NCBI GenBank assembly: GCA_050298595.1 | Contig: JBNKUM010000008.1 | Location: 128,001 to 192,000, forward strand | Length of the DNA: 64,000 bases | Direction of reading: 5' to 3' | From: Gammaproteobacteria bacterium | Lineage (GTDB): Bacteria > Pseudomonadota > Gammaproteobacteria > GCA-001735895 | Shown: in pieces, positions 53,229-64,000 of the stretch | How positions within the stretch are numbered: position 1 is the stretch's first letter | How the letters are laid out: each line of letters begins with the position of its first letter | Program-made: the position numbers and the translations under genes | Notes under the pieces: generated by a model | Told to the model about the DNA's origin: nothing | Databases searched by the model: none | Seen by the model: the letters and a program-made list of their open reading frames with translations, nothing else

Positions 53229-53231
53229 GTT

Positions 53232-54143
53232 ATGCATACACGTCACTTTCTTAGCCTGTTAGATTTGTCTGGTGATGAGCTCAGATCGCTGATCGCACAT
53301 GCGATAGATGTAAAAAACAGGCTCAAACAAGGCATTGCTCATACGCCACTAGCAGGCAAGGTTATGGCGATGATCTTTGAAAAATCTTCAACCCGTACGC
53401 GAGTTTCATTTGAAAGCGGGATGAGTCAACTGGGTGGACATGCTATGTTCCTCGCTCCCAGAGACATCCAGTTGGGGCGCGGTGAACCCATCGAAGATAG
53501 CGCCAGAGTTATTTCCAGCATGGTGGACTGCATTATGATCCGGACATTTGGACATGATCGACTGGAGGCCTTTGCAAGCGCCTCCAGGTCTCCTGTAATT
53601 AACGGCCTTACCGATAAGCTACACCCCTGCCAGCTTCTGGCAGACATGCAAACCTGGTTTGAATGTCGTGGCGATATTAAAGGCGCCACCGTAACCTGGA
53701 TTGGCGATGGCAATAATATGTGCCATTCATATATCAATGCGGCACGTCAGTTTGACTTTCAATTACAGATAGGCTGTCCAGAGAACTATCAGCCCGACTC
53801 TGATGTTCTTGAAGCTGCCGGAGACAGAGTTAAAATTTTCCACAGTACTGAAGAAGCCGCTAAAGATGCTGACCTTATTGTGACCGATGTATGGGCCAGT
53901 ATGGGACAGGAAGAAGAACAGGAAGACCGTGTGAATGAATTCGCTAACTTTCAGGTTAATTCCGACATCATGCAAAAGGCACATAAAGAGGCCCTGTTTA
54001 TGCATTGCCTGCCCGCACATCGTGGCGAAGAAGTGACTGCAGAAGTGATTGATGGAGAACAAAGTGTGGTATGGCAGGAAGCTGAAAATCGTCTGCATGC
54101 GCAGAAAGCATTGCTGGAATTATTGATGCTAGGCCATTTCTAG
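53232..54143 (+). CDS. argF: Ornithine carbamoyltransferase
   Basis: SSTRTR, HPCQ, HCLP, AENRLH. Confidence 0.97.
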   Translation: MHTRHFLSLLDLSGDELRSLIAHAIDVKNRLKQGIAHTPLAGKVMAMIFEKSSTRTRVSFESGMSQLGGHAMFLAPRDIQLGRGEPIEDSARVISSMVDCIMIRTFGHDRLEAFASASRSPVINGLTDKLHPCQLLADMQTWFECRGDIKGATVTWIGDGNNMCHSYINAARQFDFQLQIGCPENYQPDSDVLEAAGDRVKIFHSTEEAAKDADLIVTDVWASMGQEEEQEDRVNEFANFQVNSDIMQKAHKEALFMHCLPAHRGEEVTAEVIDGEQSVVWQEAENRLHAQKALLELLMLGHF

Positions 54144-54184
54144 CCCAGCAAGCATATTCCCATTTATATTAGCTACAGCAGATA

Positions 54185-55393
54185 TCAACTTGCGATAATT
54201 TCAATTCGATCGCGCCCCTTTTTCTTGGCCTGATGCAGTGCTGTTTCAGCACGAGATATCAGATCTCTAGCAGAAATATTTTCATTCATAGGCGCGCAGC
54301 AAAGCCCTATCGAAATGGTTACCCATGGGCTAATTAAAGATTTTTCGTGTTGAATCTTTTGCTCATTCAATTTGCTGCGTACATTTTCCATCAGCATTTT
54401 TGCGCCTTCGCAAGATAATCCCGGCATTAAAATGCCAAACTCGGCCCCATTTAAACGAGCAACAACTTCATTCGATTTAATCACTTCACCCATTAATAAA
54501 TGAGCGATACTGGTAATCGTTCGGTTACCCATATCGTGACCATAGTGCAGGTTATATTCGCTGTAATAATCGACATTCAGCATCGCGATAGAAAGCGGTA
54601 ATTTATTATCAATATGTTTGCGACGCTGGATTTCAATCCCGACGCGAAAAGCACGAAAATTTGATGCCCCGGTTAATTCATCGGTCGTCGACAGGTTGTC
54701 CAGTTCCTTATTCGAGGATGCAACTGCATTCAAAAGACGCTGCAGATCATTCACCAGAATTTCATTATCAAATCTCAGATGCATGGTTTCAGCTATCATG
54801 GACTGCATACTACGCACACCCAGATAATAAGCACCAATCATAAACAGGTACATGCAACCAAGTACGATACCATCCGGGGTTCCTACCCAGAATAAATACA
54901 GCGTGACGGGCAGGATCATCAACAGTAGATAACTGCCATAGACAAGCATAGAGGTTGATAAATAGGCGATCGCCCCAGCACCAAGGCCCAGCAGAAAGAC
55001 GTGAAAAATAAACTGTAAATCATCGCTGATATAGGGCATCGCCAGAAGCGCGCCCATGCCCTGCCAGAATCCAACCAGATAAACCCCTAAGACAAATCGT
55101 TTTTTCCAAAAGCGATGGTTCAGATAGTCTTTGTTTTTAGCTCGGTCAAAAGATACCTTTAACCTGTACCTCAATGCCTGAAAGATTAACAGGCCAGCAA
55201 CCCAGGCATATACCCAGTTTTCCCGGTCCTGTAGCTGTAACTCATAAGAAGCCAGCAGCATGGCGACAACCGCAACCACCAGGGTAAATACCATCCCCAC
55301 ATTAAAACGGTCGTATAGGAATTTAACCAACTCGTGCTGCAGCAGATGGTAAGTACTGATGCTAAATTTTTGTTCCTGATTATTATTCATCAT
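54185..55393 (-). CDS. Multi-TM membrane protein with degenerate GGDEF domain
   Basis: several TM helices then TDELTG..NFRAF and ARLNGAEF, AKKKGRDR; start placed at MMNNN (ORF track extends to 55516). Confidence 0.85.
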   Translation of the reverse strand: MMNNNQEQKFSISTYHLLQHELVKFLYDRFNVGMVFTLVVAVVAMLLASYELQLQDRENWVYAWVAGLLIFQALRYRLKVSFDRAKNKDYLNHRFWKKRFVLGVYLVGFWQGMGALLAMPYISDDLQFIFHVFLLGLGAGAIAYLSTSMLVYGSYLLLMILPVTLYLFWVGTPDGIVLGCMYLFMIGAYYLGVRSMQSMIAETMHLRFDNEILVNDLQRLLNAVASSNKELDNLSTTDELTGASNFRAFRVGIEIQRRKHIDNKLPLSIAMLNVDYYSEYNLHYGHDMGNRTITSIAHLLMGEVIKSNEVVARLNGAEFGILMPGLSCEGAKMLMENVRSKLNEQKIQHEKSLISPWVTISIGLCCAPMNENISARDLISRAETALHQAKKKGRDRIEIIAS

Positions 55394-55543
55394 TCCATAC
55401 AATATTTTGATATGAAGATCAGACCATTGTAGTCCAATCGATAATTGTAAAACCACAGGAAACTGAATACTTTTAAAAAATTGTCTGGTACATTCAGCAA
55501 TTATTCTGGATATCATAATTTTTCTACTTAAAAAGTTTCAACT

Positions 55544-56839
55544 ATGACAACTACCGACTACATTCAATGGTTCAGAAGTGCTGCACCCTATATCAATGCA
55601 TTTAGAAAGAAAACTTTCGTCATTGTGTTATCGGGTGAAATGGTTAAATCTGACCTGTTTGATAACCTGATTCATGATATTGCTTTGTGCCACCACCTGG
55701 GCATTAAACTGGTACTGGTGCATGGTAGCCGATTTCAAATAGATCAGTTACTCAATCAGCATCAAGTAGAGCAAAAGCTACACAATAATATTCGTATTAG
55801 CGAAGTAAAACACATGCCATTGATTTTGCAGGCTATCGACCAGGTTAAAAACACCATCCTGGCTCGCCTGTCTATGGGACTGCCCAATACACCAATGTCG
55901 GGTTCGGATATATCCATCATAAGCGGTAATTTTATAATCGGTATGCCGCTAGGTATTATTGATGGAGTTGATATGCAACACAGTGGCAAGGTGCGCTCTG
56001 TTGATACGCAGTCAATAACCCAGCTTCTGGATCAACACATCGTCTTATTATCCAATGTTGGCTACTCAAAAAGCGGAGAGATCTTTAACCTCCAGGCTGA
56101 AGAGCTTGGTGAAAAAGTGGCTACAGCGCTGGCAGCAGAGAAACTGATTTATTTTAACCAGGACTACATAAGCAACCCGGTATCCGATCAGTTCTCCACC
56201 GATGATTGCATCAGCTTTATCAATGAAGAAAGCACATCAGACGCTTTGAAAGCATTACTGCAACATGCAGTTTCTGCGGTAACACATTCTGTAAACCGGG
56301 TACATATCATCGATGAAACATTGGATGGAGGCCTGTTGCAGGAGCTATTTACGCGAGATGGTGCCGGCATGATGGTAACCAACCTGTTCTACGAAGGCTT
56401 ACGTAAAGCCAGCATTGAAGATATCGGCGGCATACTTGAATTGATACAGCCTCTAGAGCAGGCTGGCGCCCTGATCAAACGCTCACGAGAACAACTAGAG
56501 CTAGAAATAGATGCATTTCTGGTTATTGAAAGGGATGGGATGATAATAGCCTGTATCGCCTGTATCGCTGACCTTGAGAATAAAATTGCCGAAGTCGCCT
56601 GCGTTGCTGTACACCCTGATTATCGTAAATGCGGCTATGGCGATCAGCTATTGACTGCGGTTGAACTTACCGCTCGTAAACTCAAATTAAATCATTTATA
56701 TATCCTCACTACCCGAACCATGCACTGGTTTCTGGAAAAGGGGTTTGTAGAAAATACCCTGCAATTTTTACCCGACTACAAGGCCAGAAACTATAACCAG
56801 CAAAGGAAATCCCGCATCATGACCAAGGCGTTAGGTTAA
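55544..56839 (+). CDS. argA: Amino-acid N-acetyltransferase (N-acetylglutamate synthase)
   Basis: WFRSAAPYINAFR, LLQELFTRDG, C-terminal GNAT with LTTRTMHWF. Confidence 0.95.
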   Translation: MTTTDYIQWFRSAAPYINAFRKKTFVIVLSGEMVKSDLFDNLIHDIALCHHLGIKLVLVHGSRFQIDQLLNQHQVEQKLHNNIRISEVKHMPLILQAIDQVKNTILARLSMGLPNTPMSGSDISIISGNFIIGMPLGIIDGVDMQHSGKVRSVDTQSITQLLDQHIVLLSNVGYSKSGEIFNLQAEELGEKVATALAAEKLIYFNQDYISNPVSDQFSTDDCISFINEESTSDALKALLQHAVSAVTHSVNRVHIIDETLDGGLLQELFTRDGAGMMVTNLFYEGLRKASIEDIGGILELIQPLEQAGALIKRSREQLELEIDAFLVIERDGMIIACIACIADLENKIAEVACVAVHPDYRKCGYGDQLLTAVELTARKLKLNHLYILTTRTMHWFLEKGFVENTLQFLPDYKARNYNQQRKSRIMTKALG

Positions 56840-56846
56840 TTAGACT

Positions 56847-57776
56847 ATGGCATATGACTTAAGTAATTATCTGGTCATTGGTATTTCATCTCGCGCCCTT
56901 TTTGATTTGACCGTTGAGAATGAAATCTACGAAAAGCAGGGTCTGGAAGCCTACTGTAAGTACCAGCTCGAACACGAAAACGACATTCTGCATCCAGGCA
57001 CCGGCTTCGCGTTGATCGAAGCCATGCTCAAAATCAACCATATAGATGCTGCTAAACGACGCACTGAAGTGGTCATCGTCTCACGTAACTCAGCCGATAC
57101 CAGTTTGCGCATCTCCAATTCTATCGACCACTATAAGCTGGACATCACCCGGGCAGCTTTCACCGGTGGTGAGCCGGTGGCGAAATATCTGAATGCCTTT
57201 GATGTCGATCTATTCCTGTCGGCCACCGAAGAGGATGTTCAGGCAGCTGTTGAGTCAAATGTTGCTTCCGGACTGATTTACGACGCGCCGTCAAAAAATG
57301 CCGCCAAGCCACTGGAACAGATCCGCATTGCTTTCGACGGTGATGCGGTATTGTTTTCAGAAGAATCAGAGATAATCTATCAGGAACAAGGACTGGAAGC
57401 CTTTATCGCACACGAAAAACTTAACGCAACACTTCCCTTACCCGAGGGACCGTTTGCCAAACTACTGAAGACACTATCGTTTCTTCAATTCGAACTGGAT
57501 GGCACTTTTGAGGGCCCACCACCCATACGTACAGCACTGGTAACCGCGCGTAACAGTCCGGCGCACGAACGCGTAATTCGCACATTACGTGCATGGAATG
57601 TCAGAATAGATGAAACATTCTTCCTTGGAGGGGTTCCTAAGGATCGAGTACTAGCCTCTTTTTTGCCGCATATCTTTTTTGATGATCAACATCGTCATTG
57701 CGACGATGCTTCCAGGGTGGTACCCACAGCGCGGGTACCCTACCCCAAAAACGGCGCTAAAACAGCAGAATCGTAA
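56847..57776 (+). CDS. 5'-nucleotidase (cN-I type)
   Basis: LVIGISSRALFDL, IRIAFDGDAVLFS, LVTARNSPAHER, HIFFDDQ. Confidence 0.93.
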   Translation: MAYDLSNYLVIGISSRALFDLTVENEIYEKQGLEAYCKYQLEHENDILHPGTGFALIEAMLKINHIDAAKRRTEVVIVSRNSADTSLRISNSIDHYKLDITRAAFTGGEPVAKYLNAFDVDLFLSATEEDVQAAVESNVASGLIYDAPSKNAAKPLEQIRIAFDGDAVLFSEESEIIYQEQGLEAFIAHEKLNATLPLPEGPFAKLLKTLSFLQFELDGTFEGPPPIRTALVTARNSPAHERVIRTLRAWNVRIDETFFLGGVPKDRVLASFLPHIFFDDQHRHCDDASRVVPTARVPYPKNGAKTAES

Positions 57777-57779
57777 CAA

Positions 57780-58196
57780 TCAATCGTCGCGATGCTGTTT
57801 CTCCAGTCTTTCATGCTTTTCCTGTGCTTCGATAGTTAACGTAGCAATAGGACGAGCTTCTAGCCGAGATAAACCAATTTCATCTCCTGTATCATCACAA
57901 TAGCCATAAGAGCCATCTGAGATACGCGACATGGCTGAGTCTATCTTATTCACCAGCTTACGATAGCGATCACGAGTACGTAACTCTAAAGCCGCATCGG
58001 TTTCAAGGCTTGCACGATCATTGATATCAGGCTCCTGCCAGTTCTCTTCTTTCAGATGAGAAATGGTGTTTTCAGATTCCTGTAACAATTCTGCTCGCCA
58101 CTTAAGCAGCTTACGACGAAAATATTCTAGTTGCTGCGGAGACATGTATTCTTCATCAGCAGAAGGCTTATAGCCTTCCGGCAGTTCAATAGTCAT
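57780..58196 (-). CDS. dksA: RNA polymerase-binding protein DksA, one-cysteine variant
   Basis: EEYM...QLEYFR, PDINDRAS, ELRTRDR, GYCDDTGDEIG..RLEARPIATLTIEAQ. Confidence 0.95.
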   Translation of the reverse strand: MTIELPEGYKPSADEEYMSPQQLEYFRRKLLKWRAELLQESENTISHLKEENWQEPDINDRASLETDAALELRTRDRYRKLVNKIDSAMSRISDGSYGYCDDTGDEIGLSRLEARPIATLTIEAQEKHERLEKQHRDD

Positions 58197-58340
58197 CCAG
58201 AGTCCTCCTGTGAACCCAAGGTGGGGAAAAACGGCAGGAAGTATAGGCAGGTTTCGACTTCACGGCAAGCTGATGATGAATTTAAATCAATTCATCACCA
58301 GGGTTTGCGGAAAAATATCGAATTTACCAGCTGTTATTAA

Positions 58341-59210
58341 TCAGCCCAGTAACTTTGCCATAGCTTCACCAATACGCGACGGTGAGTTTACAGTAGTCAC
58401 ACCAGCCGCCTGTAATGCAGCAAACTTTTCGTCTGCTGTACCCTTGCCCCCGGCAATGATAGCGCCTGCGTGCCCCATACGCTTGCCTTTAGGAGCCGTA
58501 ACTCCAGCAATATAGGAAACCACAGGTTTGGAGAAATGCTTACTGATGTATTCAGCAGCCTGCTCTTCAGCATTACCACCGATTTCACCAACCATAACAA
58601 CACCTTCCGTTTCTGGATCTTGCTCAAACAATTCAAGACAATCGATAAAGTTCATGCCCTGGATAGGGTCACCACCTATACCGATACAGGTAGTTTGGCC
58701 AAGTCCATTCTGTGTAGTTTGATGTACCGCTTCATAAGTCAGGGTGCCAGACCGAGAAATGATCCCGACTCGACCTTTTTGATGGATTGCACCCGGCATG
58801 ATACCGATTTTGCACTCACCTGAGGTGATAATACCAGGGCAGTTAGGACCGATCAGATAACTGTCAGAGCCATCCAGCACCGCCTTAACCTTCAGCATAT
58901 CCTGCACAGGAATATGCTCAGTAATACAAACAATGACCTTGATGCCTGCATCAGCAGCTTCCAGTATGGCATCCGCACAAAATGCGGCGGGCACATAAAT
59001 CATGGTAGCTTCTGCACCGGTTTGCCTGACCGCATCGGCTACCGTATCAAATACCGGCATACTCAAATGGGTCTGACCACCTTTACCAGGAGTCACACCA
59101 CCGACCATCCTGGTACCATAAGCAACGGCTTGCTCAGAATGAAATGTACCCTGCTTACCGGTAAAACCCTGGCAGATCACTTTAGTGTCTTTATTGATTA
59201 AGATACTCAT
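58341..59210 (-). CDS. sucD: Succinyl-CoA synthetase alpha subunit
   Basis: [25 protein letters not shown]. Confidence 0.99.
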   Translation of the reverse strand: MSILINKDTKVICQGFTGKQGTFHSEQAVAYGTRMVGGVTPGKGGQTHLSMPVFDTVADAVRQTGAEATMIYVPAAFCADAILEAADAGIKVIVCITEHIPVQDMLKVKAVLDGSDSYLIGPNCPGIITSGECKIGIMPGAIHQKGRVGIISRSGTLTYEAVHQTTQNGLGQTTCIGIGGDPIQGMNFIDCLELFEQDPETEGVVMVGEIGGNAEEQAAEYISKHFSKPVVSYIAGVTAPKGKRMGHAGAIIAGGKGTADEKFAALQAAGVTTVNSPSRIGEAMAKLLG

Positions 59211-60376
59211 GCCACACCTCCGATTGAAGCAACAGCCTTTTTAGCGCCATCCTCCAGATTATCCGCAGAAATAATTTCAACATCGCTTTCTGCCAGCAAA
59301 GCCTTACCCTGTTCAACATTAGTACCTTCCAGTCTGACTATTACCGGGATACTGACCCCTACCTCCTTCACTGCACGGATAATGCCGTCAGCAATCAGGT
59401 CACAGCGAACGATGCCACCAAAGATATTCACCAGAATCGCTTTTACATTGGTATCTGAGAGAATCAGTTTAAAGGCTTCCGCCACTTTCTCAGCCGTGGT
59501 ACCACCCCCTACATCAAGGAAGTTGGCCGGATCACCGCCCTGTAGCTTAATTTCATCCATGGTTGCCATAGCCAGCCCAGCACCATTTACCATACAGCCG
59601 ATATTGCCATCCAGAGATACATAGTTAAGACCATGTGCATCGGCTTCCAGCTCGCGTGCATTTTCCTGAGTAGTATCACGTAATTTGACGAGTTCAGGTT
59701 GGCGATACAGCGCATTGTCATCTATACCCACCTTGGCATCCAGCGCCATAAGGTCACCCTGTTTGGTCACGATTAACGGGTTGATTTCGATCAGGCTGAC
59801 ATCGTGCTGAGTAAAAATCTTGTACAGGCCATGCATAATTGCAGCCAGCTGTTTGATCTGATCACCTTGCAGCCCCAGGCCAAAAGCAATCTGACGGGTT
59901 TGGTAGGGTTGCAGGCCAGCAATAGGATCAACCTTAACCTTAAGGATTTTTTCTGGTTGAGTTGCTGCCACCTCTTCTATATCCATACCGCCTTCGGCTG
60001 ATGCCATAAAAACAATACGACGACTGGAACGATCGATCAGAGCCCCCAGATAGATTTCACGCTCGATATCAGATAACGATTCAATCAACACTCGGCTAAT
60101 AGGAAGGCCATCACTGTCAGTTTGATGAGTTACCAGAGTGGTGCCCAGATAACCTTTTACGATTTCAGCGAGCTCAGCCTCACTCTTGACGATTTTTACC
60201 CCCCCCGCTTTGCCACGGCCTCCAGCGTGAACCTGAGCCTTAACAATCCAGCTTTCACCGCCGAGTTGTTTTGCAATAGCTTGAGCTTCATCCACATTGA
60301 ATGCAGCCTTGCCGTCTGGCACAGGGATATTAAATGTTCTAAATAGGTCTTTAGATTGATGTTCGTGTAAATTCAT
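59207..60376 (-). CDS. sucC: Succinyl-CoA synthetase beta subunit
   Basis: [45 protein letters not shown]. Confidence 0.99.
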   Translation of the reverse strand: MNLHEHQSKDLFRTFNIPVPDGKAAFNVDEAQAIAKQLGGESWIVKAQVHAGGRGKAGGVKIVKSEAELAEIVKGYLGTTLVTHQTDSDGLPISRVLIESLSDIEREIYLGALIDRSSRRIVFMASAEGGMDIEEVAATQPEKILKVKVDPIAGLQPYQTRQIAFGLGLQGDQIKQLAAIMHGLYKIFTQHDVSLIEINPLIVTKQGDLMALDAKVGIDDNALYRQPELVKLRDTTQENARELEADAHGLNYVSLDGNIGCMVNGAGLAMATMDEIKLQGGDPANFLDVGGGTTAEKVAEAFKLILSDTNVKAILVNIFGGIVRCDLIADGIIRAVKEVGVSIPVIVRLEGTNVEQGKALLAESDVEIISADNLEDGAKKAVASIGGVA

Positions 60377-60486
60377 ATGGCGATTGATCCCTTTTAGGAT
60401 TGTTGAAGGATTATTGTTATGAGTTCGAATTAATCATAGACTAATGACCTGAAACGCAACAACCAATAATTTTTTCTTATGTGTAT

Positions 60487-60714
60487 ATGATTTTTAGACT
60501 ACTGCTACTGTTCCTTATTGTCTGGTTTCTGATCTGGATGTTTAAAAAACAATTCTCCCAGAAACCATCAGATAACTCGTCTTCCAATCAACAGGAGGCT
60601 GAAGACATGCTGGCTTGCCACCACTGTGGTACGCACGTACCCAGATCACTGGGGCTTACAGAGAATGGAAAATTTTACTGTTGTAAAGAACATGCTGAAC
60701 TAGATGAACGATAA
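60487..60714 (+). CDS. PP0621-like small membrane zinc-ribbon protein
   Basis: N-terminal TM, MLACHHCGTHVP...FYCCKEH; usual position before pilS. Confidence 0.85.
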   Translation: MIFRLLLLFLIVWFLIWMFKKQFSQKPSDNSSSNQQEAEDMLACHHCGTHVPRSLGLTENGKFYCCKEHAELDER

Positions 60715-62284
60715 GTCACACGTTCATTTTGGCTATAAACAGCGTTCCTCCAACTGGACCTCACTCAGATTACTGAATATTTTCAGGGTTGCTGTCGCGG
60801 CGATTTTTTTCGCACAAAGCTTCCTAAGCAATTCACCACTGATATATATCCAGAATTTGTCACTGTATGCATGGACCAGTTTTGCCTACCTTTTACTATC
60901 ACTGGTGATGACACTGGCAGCCTGGATAGACCGGCGCAACTTTCAACTTCAGATCAGTCTACAAACTTACACCGATATCATCGCCATCATTTTATTGATG
61001 CATGCATGCGGGGGGATTAGCAGTGGTTTGGGCACGTTATTAATCATTTCAATAGCGATTAGCGGCTTGCTTGGAAAGAACTCCCTGGCAACCATATTTG
61101 CTTCCCTTGCATCGGTTTTACTGTTATCCGAGTACAGCTACTCTTCATTTCATTCAATTTCGAGCGGGTCTTCTACACAGGTTGGGTTACTGGGTGCAGC
61201 ACTTTTCGCTACCGCGCTGGTCACTCAAACCTTAACCAAACGCATAAGCTCATCTGAAGAGGTCATCAAACAGCAGAAATTAGATGTCGCAAACCTGGCC
61301 GCATTAAATTCAGAAATACTGCAAAACATGCAATCCGGTGTCATTGCTCTGGACAGTCTTGACCAGGTGAGGCACATCAATGATATCGCTCGTAACATGT
61401 TACATATAAAGGATGATATTAAAATTCCTTTTAGTTTACGAAAACATTTACCCGATATTTATCAGTCACTTAAACTCTGGCATGGCGATATTACAGAGTC
61501 CAAGATTCTGCTACCCACTCAGAGTGGTGACAATAATATTCAGGTCTATTTTCAGGACATGCACTCCACATCGCACAACGGCACACTGATATTCCTGGAT
61601 GATATCTCCAAAATCAGACACCAGATGCAGCAATCCAAACTGGCATCACTCGGACAACTCACCGCAAATATCGCGCATGAAATCCGCAACCCACTGGCTG
61701 CCATTTCGCACGCAGCCCAGTTGATCGCGGAAAATGAAGGCCTGCCCGATTTGGAAAAACGACTCACACAAATTATCAGCCAGCACTCGGAGCGAATTAA
61801 CGCCATCATTGAAGATATCATGCAAATATCACGTGGCAGGATCGCCAGTCAGGATAAAATCGTACTAAAAGACTGGCTTCAACACTTTGTAGATGCCTTT
61901 TACCAGACTGGGGAAAACAAACAGGAATGTTTTGATTTACAGGTAGAAAGTGAACAGTTAGAAGTGATATTTGACAGCGGTCATCTTAATCGTATTCTGA
62001 CCAATCTTTGTAATAATGCCAAAACACATGGCAAGGCCGATTTTCCGATAACCATTAAAATCTCTCAGGACGAACACCAGACAACGCATATCGAGGTAGC
62101 AGACAGGGGTAAAGGCATAAGTGATAAGGAAATGGACAAAATTTTCGAGCCTTTCTACACCACTAGCCACAAGGGATCAGGTTTGGGTCTATATATAGTC
62201 AGCCAGCTATGCGAGTTGAACGACGCTCAGATTAAGGTAAGCCGAAATGAGTTCGGTGGTACCAGTTTTATCATTTCAAAATAA
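60704..62284 (+). CDS. pilS: Type IV pilus sensor histidine kinase PilS
   Basis: multiple TMs with GGISSGLG, LASLGQLTANIAHEIRNPL, FEPFYTT..GSGLGL; upstream of pilR. Confidence 0.92.
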   Translation: MNDKSHVHFGYKQRSSNWTSLRLLNIFRVAVAAIFFAQSFLSNSPLIYIQNLSLYAWTSFAYLLLSLVMTLAAWIDRRNFQLQISLQTYTDIIAIILLMHACGGISSGLGTLLIISIAISGLLGKNSLATIFASLASVLLLSEYSYSSFHSISSGSSTQVGLLGAALFATALVTQTLTKRISSSEEVIKQQKLDVANLAALNSEILQNMQSGVIALDSLDQVRHINDIARNMLHIKDDIKIPFSLRKHLPDIYQSLKLWHGDITESKILLPTQSGDNNIQVYFQDMHSTSHNGTLIFLDDISKIRHQMQQSKLASLGQLTANIAHEIRNPLAAISHAAQLIAENEGLPDLEKRLTQIISQHSERINAIIEDIMQISRGRIASQDKIVLKDWLQHFVDAFYQTGENKQECFDLQVESEQLEVIFDSGHLNRILTNLCNNAKTHGKADFPITIKISQDEHQTTHIEVADRGKGISDKEMDKIFEPFYTTSHKGSGLGLYIVSQLCELNDAQIKVSRNEFGGTSFIISK

Positions 62285-62293
62285 ATATCAGCG

Positions 62294-63619
62294 ATGAATA
62301 AACAAACAGTATTGGTAGTAGATGATGAACCAGACATCCTTGAACTGCTGGAAATCACCCTGATGCGTATGAATCTGCAGGTGAAATGCGCCGAAGATTA
62401 CAGCTCAGCCACACGCCTGATTCATGAAAACCGCTTTGACTTTTGCCTTACCGATATGAAACTACCGGATGGTGATGGGATATCGCTGGTGCAATACATT
62501 CAGCAGCATCGCCCGAACATGCCGGTCGCCGTCATTACAGCACATGGTAATATGGAGCTCGCGATCAAGGCCATGAAAGCAGGCGCTTATGACTTTGTAT
62601 CCAAACCGGTATCGCTGGATAAACTCAGAAACCTGATTGAAAAAGGCATCCAGACCTCTCAAACCGAAGAGATCACTACTGATCCACAGGCCCGTTTCCA
62701 GATTATCGGCCAGTCAAAACAGATCCAGACCCTGCGTGAAACCATCAAGAAATTTGCTCGCAGCCAGGCACCGGTTTTCATTGAAGGCGATTCCGGTACA
62801 GGTAAAGAGCTGGTCGCACGTCAGATACACCAACACAGTGCACGTAATCATTACCCTTTTATTGCTGTCAACTGCGGCGCCATACCAGGTGAACTCATGG
62901 AAAGCGAACTGTTTGGCCATCTGAAAGGTAGCTTCACCGGCGCGATACAGGATAACCCTGGGTTATTTCGTGCCGCAGAAGGCGGCACATTATTTCTGGA
63001 TGAAATTGCCGATTTACCCTTAGCCATGCAGGTCAAGCTATTGCGTGTAATTCAGGAAAAAAGCATACGTCCAGTGGGTGGGCAAAAAGAAATCAGCATC
63101 GACGTCAGAATCATCAGTGCTTCGCATAAAAACCTGCAACAATTGGTGGCTTCAGGAGAATTTCGCCAGGATCTCTACTATCGAATCAATGTAATCGGCA
63201 TACAGGTGCCCGCTTTAAAGCAACGTAGCGAAGATATTCAGCTATTAGCCGAGCATATACTGAAACGCCTAAGTCAGGAAAATGGGATGCAATACACTTT
63301 GGGGCAAAGCGCAATTAACGCATTTCAACATTACGGCTTTCCCGGCAATGTACGTGAACTGGAAAACATACTGGAACGTGCCTGTGCATTGGCCGAAACC
63401 AATCAGATCAACGAGCAGGATCTTCAATTACCCCAAATACCTGTCCCACCATCAAACCAGATCAGCCTGTTAGACCAGACCACTGAACTTGAAGCCAATG
63501 CTCTGGAAAAAGCCCTGATAGAGAATAAATGGAATCAATCGGCTGCCGCCAGACAGCTCGGTATCACCCTGAGACAACTCAGATACCGCTGCGAAAAAAT
63601 GGGAATACTGGGTAAATAA
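62294..63619 (+). CDS. pilR: Sigma54-dependent response regulator PilR
   Basis: REC, GDSGTGKE, ELFGHLKGSFTGA, Fis-type HTH; upstream of pilin. Confidence 0.93.
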   Translation: MNKQTVLVVDDEPDILELLEITLMRMNLQVKCAEDYSSATRLIHENRFDFCLTDMKLPDGDGISLVQYIQQHRPNMPVAVITAHGNMELAIKAMKAGAYDFVSKPVSLDKLRNLIEKGIQTSQTEEITTDPQARFQIIGQSKQIQTLRETIKKFARSQAPVFIEGDSGTGKELVARQIHQHSARNHYPFIAVNCGAIPGELMESELFGHLKGSFTGAIQDNPGLFRAAEGGTLFLDEIADLPLAMQVKLLRVIQEKSIRPVGGQKEISIDVRIISASHKNLQQLVASGEFRQDLYYRINVIGIQVPALKQRSEDIQLLAEHILKRLSQENGMQYTLGQSAINAFQHYGFPGNVRELENILERACALAETNQINEQDLQLPQIPVPPSNQISLLDQTTELEANALEKALIENKWNQSAAARQLGITLRQLRYRCEKMGILGK

Positions 63620-63620
63620 A

Positions 63621-63659
63621 TGACATGAATGTCAATATTTGACAAAAATGTCAAATATT
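63621..63659. promoter_or_regulatory. Tandem palindromic enhancer sites, probable PilR binding
   Basis: TGACA-N4-TGTCA at 63621-63634 and 63640-63653; the second extends to AATATTTGACA-aaaa-TGTCAAATATT. Confidence 0.65.
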
Positions 63660-63753
63660 CGCTTTTTTTGTAATACCGAACAGTCTTCATACAAACAAAC
63701 CAAAATCAAATAACTCATTGTTTTAACAGCGTTATTCAAAATAAAATCGACTT

Positions 63754-63769
63754 TGGCACAGCATCTGCT
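63754..63769 (+). promoter_or_regulatory. Sigma54 (-24/-12) promoter of pilA
   Basis: TGGCACAGCATCTGCT, GG-N10-GC; IHF-like TAACTCATTGTTTT at 63711-63724. Confidence 0.85.
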
Positions 63770-63846
63770 ATACCTAAGACATGAATCGGCTGTCCCGCTT
63801 CTGGCAAGCTAAGGCTTAACCTTTTAATTTAATAGAGGAAACAATC

Positions 63847-64000
63847 ATGAGAAAACAACAATCTGGTTTTACATTGATCGAATTAATGATCGTTGTAGCG
63901 ATAATTGGTATTTTGGCAGCTATAGCACTCCCCGCATATACTGACTACACCATCCGCGCCAAGGTTTCTGAAGGTGTCGTTCAGGCTAGTGGAGCTAAAT
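63847..64000 (+). CDS. pilA: Type IVa major pilin (runs off the window)
   Basis: MRKQQSG|[36 protein letters not shown]; AGAGGA RBS. Confidence 0.95.
   Translation, partial: MRKQQSGFTLIELMIVVAIIGILAAIALPAYTDYTIRAKVSEGVVQASGAK

Noticed and set aside
1411-63473. Many 60-165 aa ORFs antisense to or overlapping housekeeping genes (e.g. 14119-14613, 18495-18869, 25266-25646)
   Set aside because: Shadow frames of well-supported genes with no recognisable motifs

Overview
Core chromosomal segment of a gammaproteobacterium, inferred from gene order and protein style. It carries the nuoA-L operon (nuoL cut by the window edge), tRNA-Leu(GAG)-secG-tpiA-glmM-folP-ftsH-rlmE/yhbY-greA-carAB, metH with a divergent PduO-type adenosyltransferase, motY, ybfF, a DUF748-like gene, aceE-aceF-lpdA, pyrC-rnt, grxD, sodB, argD-argF-argA, dksA, sucCD and pilS-pilR-pilA (pilA cut by the edge). 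Accessory or unexplained elements read from the sequence are: (i) a ~77-nt element interrupting the T-loop of a duplicated tRNA-Leu 3' end, next to an inverted T-arm copy; (ii) a probable leader-peptide attenuator before carA; (iii) a 239-bp MITE with TAA duplication; (iv) a membrane non-RD Ser/Thr kinase; (v) a three-gene cluster of small proteins (helical hypothetical, orphan Xre/MbcA/ParS-like protein, HTH-coiled-coil protein); (vi) an AT-rich surface-protein islet with an Ig-like lipoprotein, an intact and a pseudogenised small beta-barrel sharing an unusual basic tail, and a fibro-slime-like remnant; (vii) an internally deleted IS4 inside a bidirectional terminator; (viii) two degenerate GGDEF-like proteins and a one-cysteine DksA. 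The best candidates for an undescribed system are (vi), (v) and (i). No CRISPR array, rRNA or prophage was seen. All family calls come from motif recognition by eye; no searches were run.
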